Assembly: GCA_025201805.1 (NCBI GenBank) | Contig: MU619281.1 | Location: 37,944 to 80,969 of the forward strand | DNA from: Parasitella parasitica NRRL 2501 | Taxonomy: Eukaryota > Fungi > Mucoromycota | DNA length: 43,026 nucleotides | Reading direction: 5' to 3' | Shown: positions 34,473 to 43,026 of the stretch, piece by piece | Layout of the letters: every line of letters starts with the position of its first letter | Numbering within the stretch: the first letter of the stretch is position 1 | The notes under the pieces: generated by a model | What the model saw: the letters and a program-made list of their open reading frames with translations, nothing else | Told to the model about the DNA's origin: nothing | Databases searched by the model: none | Translations under genes and position numbers: made by a program

Positions 34473-35455
34473 TATTCACAACCAAGATAAGAAAGAAGTA
34501 TAGGTATATTTTGTGATGATTGTCTCGCATCTATTAAATATTGAACAGTCCCCCAGCTTTATCAGATCTTTCATCTTATCCAGGCATCAGAAGAGAATTG
34601 ATAATTACCAATATTTTTTTGATTGGATCTATTCGTATCCGTGTTACAAGCACAGAGACAGGTCAGCAAAACGTGGAATTGTGCCAAATGTTTAGAATGC
34701 TATACATGAATTTTCATACTAATGAAGATACAATCGACTATATATCAAAATTACGCATGAGTTAGTCAAAGCTTCATATTTATCATATAAATTAAACAAT
34801 AAAGCTCATTTGATTTACAATTAGGATTCGTATTTGGTCTAGAACTAAATCATTCAAAGAAAAAGATCACCACGATAATAGTTGCATTATCATTTTGCTG
34901 TTGATATCCAACTATAAATGATCTTCGTACTAATTCTTTTGTTTTGGCCAAGCACGCAAAAACTTTTTATTTGGCATATTCATCAACGTTCGTTACTAGC
35001 CAGCATTTTTTATTATAGAAAGATAAATTTGTGCTATTTTACGATATGTCTATTTGCTTACAATCCGCCTTCATATGTGTCAATATACCCATGTCCTATT
35101 TCTCATCAATGTAGATGTTCTTTGTCCGATGCATTTGGTAACATTAGATCTTGCATGTAAACAGGTTACATGAAATGACAGCAAACTAACTCAAAATCTT
35201 GGTGATGCCTAATTTGATTTCATGCATTGTGTGTATTCATCTGGTTCCGGCGTCATGAGGAAAGCATACTTGTAGCACAAAGAGTAATTATGATTGCATA
35301 GCCCAAATATAGGAACAGAGCGAGCCTTTTACAATAATGTGCATTTGTTGTTTGTTGCAAGATTATCGGTATTTCAACATATTGCAGATTTGACCACTCA
35401 TAAATCTTTGCATAGCAATGATATATTCTTTACTGTTTTGTCATCCATTGCTCTG

Positions 35456-36190
35456 ATGTCGACATTATATTATTTGCTGGAGCAATTAAAAGGTATATAT
35501 TCTCTCGTTCAAAACTTCTTTTGGGCATTCACCAACAGATAATTCTCTATACAGATAACCCGATCAATTGGGTACTGACAGCAGTAATACTTATTCTCTT
35601 TATGGAAGAATCAAAATAATCAAAACTGAAGCAATATCTCATATGTAGGTCCTGATTTATATATTACGCTACTTTACAATTCCAAATCAATCTCTGCATA
35701 TTCTGGCGAAACACCCTCAAGTTCTCGTCTTCAAAAATTACACGCCTGTCGATCTTTTGCCTTATAACGGAAGGAATAATTCTCGCATTTTGATGGGCGT
35801 TAATGGCTCTGTGTATGATGTTACCCAAGGCCAGAACTTTTACGGACCTGGTCAGTTCATTCGCCTTAAATGACATAACACAAATTTTTTACTAATATTG
35901 GGCAAACAGGAGGCCCTTATGCCAACTTTGCAGGCCACGACGCGTCACGAGGATTAGCCAAGAACTCGTTTGATGAATGCATGATGGTGGATCCACATGG
36001 GCCTATAGATAGACTTGAAGATCTAGAAGCGGATGATTGGGGTTCTTTAAGAGAATGGGTAAAATCAATTTATTATAAAATAAATAGCAGTAAATTGATT
36101 ATTTTCGTCGGCAAACGGTAGGAGGCTCTATTCGCGGGCAAATATCTGTTAGTTGGTAAATTGGTTGAAAACAATAGTGAACAGCAATAA
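35456..36190 (+). CDS. DAP1: Cytochrome b5-like heme/steroid-binding protein (Dap1/PGRMC); 5 exons, only exon 1 visible in the ORF track
   Basis: Spliced: NPINWVLTAVLIYIL (TM), [71 protein letters not shown]. Confidence 0.92.
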
Positions 36191-36212
36191 ATTTTTATTT
36201 TTCTACATGATA

Positions 36213-37587
36213 TCAGATAGACCCTTCTTCTACTTGTAATTTAAACCAATCTACAGTTTCCTGTAAACCTTGTTTCACGGAAAATCCTGGCTCCCAACCC
36301 AAATACTTTTTAGCTCTAGCAATATCCGGTTTGCGTTTTTTAGGATCATCCAATGCTGCAGGCAAAAACTTGATATCGACACTCTCGGGCGATAAAGGAG
36401 GGATCAGTACCATTTCCCTAATCATGTCGGCAAAGTTTTTGATCGTGTATTCCTCAGGGTTACCCAAATTGACAGGTTCACTGTAGTTTTTGTTCATCAA
36501 CAATATAAGCCCATCGACTAAATCATGCACGTATTGAAAGGACCTTGTTTGTGATCCATCGCCATACAACGTCAAGGATTCACCTTTAATGGCTTGCATA
36601 ATGAAATTACTCACAACTCGACCATCGGCTGGTGACATTCTGGGACCTGAATAGCACACACACACACACACAAAAAAAAGGAGTGAGATAACTTACAATA
36701 TCTATTGAATACGATGTTTACCGAATGTACTATAAATACAAACGCATCAGTCATACTGTTTGAAGAAGCTGTAAAGAGACTTACTTGAAAATACGAGCCA
36801 CACGAACATCCACATCATTCTGTCTCATATAAGCATAGGTCAATGTTTCTGCAATACGTTTACCTTCATCGTAGCAGGCTCTGGGACCGATTGGATTCAC
36901 ATGGCCCCAATAAGTTTCTTTCTGAGGATGTTCTTCAGGATCACCATATACCTCTTTTTTTTTTTTTTTTTCCAATGTTTGGCATCAATGTTGAGGAGAA
37001 AGGAAATATGTTGATTACTTACCTGAAGTAGACGTCAGCAGAAAACGGGCTTTTGTACGTTTTGCAAGACCTAGCATATTGATAGTTCCCATAACACTCG
37101 TCTTTACAGTCTTTGTTGGATTGTATTGATAGTGAGGAGGCGAGGCAGGACAAGCTAAATGATAAATCTGCGACACTTCAATCATAAACGGATCCACAAC
37201 ATCATGACGCACTAATTCAAAATGGGGATGACCTATCCAATGCTGAACATTGCGCTTTGAGCCTGTAAAGAAATTGTCCAGTACAATGACTTCGTGGCCC
37301 ATATACATCAGGCGGTCTACTAAATGAGAGCCGACGAAACCCGCACCACCAGTGACCAAAATGCGCTTGCGATCAGAAGGTCTTAGCTGCTTTACAGGTG
37401 GGTAGGATGTGATTGTCTTGTACACTAGTAGGCCTGCTGCTTCATCTATTTCTCGGTCATTTTGTTGTTTGGGAAGGTATAAGTCACGTAGATAGCTAAG
37501 TTGTGCATCTGAGCCAGCAATTGCATGGCCAACAGAAGTGACATGCTTTTTCGTAGGTAAATCAGTAGAAGAAGACAAAGAGGCCAT
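36213..37587 (-). CDS. UXS1: UDP-glucuronic acid decarboxylase (UDP-xylose synthase); 4 exons including an 8-nt microexon; no N-terminal TM seen
   Basis: [73 protein letters not shown]. Confidence 0.96.
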
Positions 37588-37702
37588 CTTGTTCTCGTTT
37601 TTTTTTTGTGTGCGTTCAGAAGAGGAGAAAAAAAAGGAGAAAAAAAAAAAAAAAAAAAAAAAAAAGAAACGCAAGTTAAAATGTCATGAGGAGGTTTTAT
37701 TT

Positions 37703-38536
37703 TTAACAGCATCCACCTGAAGAACTGGAACCATTGATTTTTGCAGGCGATTCCAGCTTGACTTCCTCCCGTTGGCGAGTCTGTTGGGCTTGTGTATCGA
37801 TTAGCCTCTTTTTGATATCTCTGTCGAATGCGTGTTACTATCAGTTGCGCAAACAGACAATAGTGCCTTACCTGGCCAAGTCGAAAAAGGCTTCCTCAAC
37901 TCCAATGTTTGCCTTGGCGCTTGTCTCCATGAATCGAATTTCTAGTTCTTTTGCTAATGTCTGGCCTTGCTCAGTAGAGACAACCTAGTCTATGCTTAGT
38001 TTTATTTATCACAGAGACATAGCAAACAACCTACTCTTTTATCTTCCATATCGCACTTGTTACCAATGAGGATCTTGTTGACTCCTTCGCTAGCATGTTG
38101 CTCAATATTTGAAAACCAGTTTCTTACGTCTGCCATATATGTTGGTGTGTTTTTTACTACCACAAAATAAAGAAAACACTTACTTCCAAAAGATTTATCA
38201 TCTGTAACATCATAAACCAATAAAATGCCCATGGCACCACGATAATACGCTGCATTTGTCTGTTAGTATATGTCGAGCAGCAGCAACAGCAAACATACCA
38301 GTGGTAATAGTACGGAATCTTTCTTGTCCAGCAGTGTCCCAAATCTGGAGCTTTATTCTCTTTCCATCGAGTTCAATAGTACGAATCTTAAAATCAATGC
38401 CAATAGTGGTGATGAAAGATGGTGTAAAAGAGTCATCAGAGAAACGAAGCAAGAGGCAGCTTTTACCAACTCCAGAATCACCGATTAATAAGAGCTTTAT
38501 AAGATAATCGTAAGAAGCGCTTTTTGCAGTTGCCAT
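37703..38536 (-). CDS. SEC4: Rab8/Sec4/Ypt2-family GTPase; 5 exons
   Basis: [38 protein letters not shown]-terminal GGCC prenylation motif. Confidence 0.96.
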
Positions 38537-40019
38537 AGTAATAACAATATTAACAGAGTGAAAAGAGAAAAAGTGTGTGTGTGTGTGTTTACTCAACTGT
38601 TGAAATAGAAAAAGGGGGAACACAAGATGAGCTTGAATGATACGCAAGCAGTTATTGGTTTATCGTATTTGCAGTTTACCTTTCTGTTGCAGGAATGCCT
38701 GCTGGCTGAAAAGGGGGAGTATGTTCAATCATAGTTGCCTGGACAGCGCAAGCAAAATAAAGGCTCTTGCTATGCAAGTCTCAAGTATCGTAAGCAGTTA
38801 TTAAGCACTACAGCTATATACCGGTGATACACAAAATCATCCTTCTCCTCTACCATATACATTTAACTGAATTTTATTTGGATTTGCATGAAATATCACG
38901 TTCTCCTAAGCATATATATGATAGCATTATACTGAATAGTTATCAACGTAGCTTGGTTTCTGATGCACAAATTATCGAGTGTATTTGAAAAATAGGAGGG
39001 CCAAAACTATGGCATACATCAATTAAACTTTATCTTGCTACCTGAATTTGTATCTACTGAGACTATGTCGATAAACACATTGGCAACTTTATATGCTTTT
39101 GAGAATAACTTCATCGCTTTCAGGATACATATGCATATACAAACACCGAGAGATGGCCATTCCAGAAGCAAAAATCTTCAAAAAATAGTTGCCCCTTAAA
39201 AAACATGATAATCACGTTGTATCACCTTCCATCCACATCGTTACCTGACGTTGGTCATTCACAATAATGTCAAGCACATCTAAATTAGCTGAATCAATAC
39301 ATCATACCGTATTTTCTCAACAGAACACCAAATTATGACATTCATTTCTTGATTTTATCGCGTTATCGTCCGTTCAAAGCGCTCAAAAACACACAAAACA
39401 AACGCTCTCGGTCCATAGATTCTATCTGATACATTTCTGCGGTTTTTTCAGATGTTGATTTCAACTCGATTTTTGCCTTGAGAAATTCGTCCAAAAATTC
39501 GAATTTTGATTAACGTAGTTTTTCAGCCGAAAAACGAGACTCTTTACTAAGGTTTTTATGATAGACATAAGCACTCCTGGGTTATATCTGTACACTCAAT
39601 CTGCTTGTTTGAAATTGTGAAACTAACTACTCGAATTTCAATCAAAAAACGGGAACACGTATTTTATGTATATATCATGGCGATTGGTACACTTACTCAA
39701 GATCAAAAAACAGTGTTATATAGAGCACAAGAAAATAAATCATCCGTATTACTGAAGCTTCTAATGTCAATAATGAGTCTTTTTTTTTTTTTTTTGTAAT
39801 AATTATTGAGAGATTGATTTTGAGAAAATGGAACGTTGATCCTATTCTGTTGACTTCATGCCGATCGACACTCTACGATAATACACTCGCTCACAAGTAC
39901 TGTCCAATCTACTTTTACATAATACAGGATGATTGGTTTCTAATTTTTGACAAATTTATGCTACTTGTATAGAAACACAACTGCTAAATCACGCTTTGTT
40001 GTTTATACAGAAAAAACAA

Positions 40020-41558
40020 TTAGTAAATGTTTCTTCCAAATGTTTGATTCCATTTTAAAAGTTCATTTATATCTTTTTCCCAACCAGCACCATCACTGAT
40101 ATGTGTCACGCAAGGAATTGGGTATTTCGACGTCCTCACCTAACAGCTTTTTTAAAATATGATCTTTTATATATTCGGGGCATCATCCAATTTTACCTTG
40201 ACATATTCTCCTTTATGCAGCATGAAAATTTCTTGGCCATCGATAGAAACCTCAATTTGACTACGACTTTTCTCGCCAATCTTTTTTTTACAAGAGAATT
40301 AGTGCTGTTCCATGTATAAGATAAGTGCTAATTCTACCTTCAGTTCTATATTTGAGCTCGGCGGTAGCAATACAGTTCTGAACGATAAAGAACGAGGACA
40401 GATAGGTGTCAATACAAGGCTTTGAACGCTTGGATGTACAATAGGACCGCCAGCTGATAAAGAGTAAGCTGTAGATCCTGTTGGAGTAGAGACAATTAAG
40501 CCGTCCGCAACACATTCCGTCAAATATTGTTCATCCACAAAGCAATCGATGGTTGTTAGATGTGGAAATCTGCCACGATGCAGCGTTACCTCATTCATCA
40601 CTTGTCTGTCATCTACTTCCACACCGCCGACCTCGATCCTTTTACCGCTGGGTTGATGCAGAGAACAAAATAGTCGCATTCTCATCATAAGCCCAACTTT
40701 TCCTGCAATCATATCGTCCAAGACATGTCTAAATTTTTCGAATCCTGCAGGGTTTTGGAATGGTGGATCAGTGGATGTGCGCTTTAAAATGTAGATAAAC
40801 GGCTTACGGTAGGACATCAAGAAACAAAGAGTTCCGAGGGAAAAGCTCACTACTGGAGGTGCTGCTTTAGGAAACAACGATGATAAATGAAGCATTGTGC
40901 CATCGCCGCCAAGTGTCACTGCAAAATCCACCGTACGAGTGTAATCCTCCTTTCGACTTTTCTCAATGACATGAACAAACGGGAGCTCCTTCTGGAATTG
41001 CTCTGCTACCTCTGGCTCTACAATGATGTTCATATGAGGTTGCGACTGATGGACCCAACTTTTTGGCAAAATCAGTCAATTACAGGGCTCTTTGGGTAGA
41101 ATGCACACCCGTTACTTACTTTGCAACCTCCACCAACGCCTTTTCAGTTTTTATGTCGTTTGGCTTCTTGACAATCAGCACATTGTTTGGTTTCTGGCCC
41201 CATCTCAAAGCATACTGTCCCCTGTAGTATGTCAATCATCATAGACCAGCCTAGAAAACTTGAGAATTTACCCATATGTGCTTCCAGGAACCTGTACTAT
41301 GTCTCCAGGTCGACGAGCTTCCAACAGGTCATTATCCTTCTCGGTTGAAACTAGATCAGAAAGATATGAGTGTGCTGTTTCGAAGTAGAGACTGCATGAA
41401 TTACTTTGCTCTTTTGATAGGCTTAATCCAACCTTGTCAGGTAAAGTTGACGTTTTTCTCAGCAGACCAGTATTATAAAATCGGCTAATAACACATTTGC
41501 TGTGCAATGAGCTAGCATTTACAACAAAGCAAGCATTCGATTGAAGTAAACGTATCAT
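40020..41558 (-). CDS. POS5: NAD(H) kinase, mitochondrial Pos5-like; about 7 exons
   Basis: Presequence-like N-terminus; [81 protein letters not shown]. Confidence 0.9.
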
Positions 41559-41955
41559 TGACAAAAAAAAAGAGATATGTATAAAAAGAGGAAAGAGAAA
41601 TTGATAGCTATTGGTTTTTATTGGGATAGTAATGCAACTTATCAACAGGGCCAGTTAAATCGCCTGTGACTCAAAAGCACGTCAAATTGGAGTTACTGAG
41701 AGTTATTGTCGCCTGAATCAATGACATTGGCGAGATCAAATGAATTGTGTTAGTTTGTAAAAGGTTTTGATACTTTCAATGTGTATTACTCAATCACATT
41801 TCAATTACTTGCAAAATAAATAGGGCTATTGCATACATTTCCAGTTCAACGTTTGATAGCTGCCCAATTGCACCTATTTCTGTACCATTGGCCTTATTCT
41901 ATATAAAAAGATGGATAGTCATTAGTTTTATATTTAAATGATCCATCAAATACAA

Positions 41956-42970
41956 TTACATATGCAATATTAATTGCAAACTCGACTTCCTTATTGGATG
42001 TGATGATTGTGAGCTTTCATCTTTATTAACGGCATCTTCCTCAGTTACTTGACGCAAATATTTGTTTAAACGTGTTGTTATAACAGCTATTATTTGTATA
42101 ATTTCAATTTATTCTGAGATAAAATGAGATATCAAGTAGATGGACGTAACTTTAAGCTCTTAATAAACTAACTCTTTCCCTGTGCATTTGCAACACTTCA
42201 CAAATTTCCACTGACATTTCATTGAGAACTGGATTGCTTTTCGTAAAGATAGCTTAGTACACCATTTCGGATAGCCTTTGGCATGCACAACAACATGTAG
42301 AAGCTACAAATATATGTTTGAATCACATTTATTTTACTGGTTTTCATAGCTCCAAATATGTCAGAAAATCATTCTAACCAAACTTTCAGGGACTTCTTGT
42401 CTGCATCCATGAGTTCCTCATGCCATTTTTCAAAAGAATCTTTGTGTTGCAGAAGGGATCCTCGTAGAGTTAGTGAGTTTGGCCTGGTGGTATGCTCAGA
42501 AAGCTCTACAGAACATGTCAAAAATAAACAAAATGTAGAATGTTATACAAGCATTAATTATCACGTTTTTGTCCCTTATAAAATCTTAAACTCGTTTTCA
42601 TTGGTGATGTGAAATTTTCAACTATCGATCGACGTTGATGTCAAGGTCGATGACCCCTTTAAAAAACCATTGAATTCTCTTCGACTACATGTTCTCTTTC
42701 AAAACCGCAAGACAGATGCCCTGAATCTTACCTGGTCAAAAACTTTCGTTTAGGAGCTTCAGGATTCGTTGAAGAAGGATTATTTCAGGACAAATTACTT
42801 TGTTATTGCACAGTAATAGGAGCAAATAGGTACTGTAAACTATTAAATTTTCACAAACGCTTTCAATAATTTTTGATGATTGGTGATTCGATCTAAAGGT
42901 GCTGTTTTTGTGAAATACATTCACCATGATGATCTGCATTCCACTTCTAGATTCATCCAGTTACCTTAAA
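41956..42970 (-). pseudogene. Probable spliced pseudogene relic, family unrecognised; may extend past the window end
   Basis: Phase-compatible exon/intron blocks (KFLTR|GHRP*HQRR...KGQK|QLSEHTT...KKSLK|LLHV...) with in-frame stops and an apparent frameshift. Confidence 0.35.
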
Positions 42971-43026
42971 TTGATATAAACTACATATGCGCACAGATAA
43001 TAAGATGTGCAATACAGATTTATACT

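Noticed and set aside
37588-37674. Poly-Phe N-terminal extension of UXS1 as a membrane anchor
   Set aside because: Starts at TTG and simply translates a T homopolymer; the ATG at 37587 has good context.
38850-39350. Possible exon/intron fragments on the minus strand
   Set aside because: No consistent reading frame or recognisable motif could be assembled.
42640-42790. In-frame TGA codons as selenocysteine
   Set aside because: No redox motif context, other stops and a frameshift co-occur, and no SECIS was recognised; decay is the simpler explanation.

Overview
Eukaryotic, AT-rich, gene-dense fungal DNA with many 50-90 nt introns. Gene content and intron style fit Mucoromycota (probably Mucorales); this taxonomy is an inference. 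By hand splicing I support about 19 protein-coding genes, in order: RAX2-like polarity protein with a cytoplasmic SH3 (-), SH3-WW-PH-RhoGAP (+), bHLH TF (-), BRAT1-like ARM protein ending in DCY (-), forkhead TF (-), 2OG-Fe(II) oxygenase (-), a six-exon AGTRAP-like membrane protein of which the ORF track shows only exon 1 (-), DUF2011 protein (+), pyruvate kinase (-), RWD/GIR2 (+), RCC1/RCCD1-like (+), MRP51 (-), Dma1-type FHA-RING (+), a polyQ hypothetical (+), MMT-type cation diffusion facilitator (-), DAP1/PGRMC (+), UXS1 (-), Sec4/Rab8 (-) and a POS5-like NAD(H) kinase (-). There are also two probable pseudogene relics. No rRNA, tRNA, CRISPR array or intact mobile element was recognised. 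The most notable signals are 'animal-type' genes (BRAT1 with its INTS11-binding C-terminus, hinting at a fungal Integrator; AGTRAP; ARHGAP9/12/27 architecture; RCCD1-like), a head-to-head pair of SH3-bearing polarity genes, and splicing oddities (8-11 nt microexons, an obligatory GC-AG intron, A-tract acceptors). Family calls come from motif recall, not database searches.
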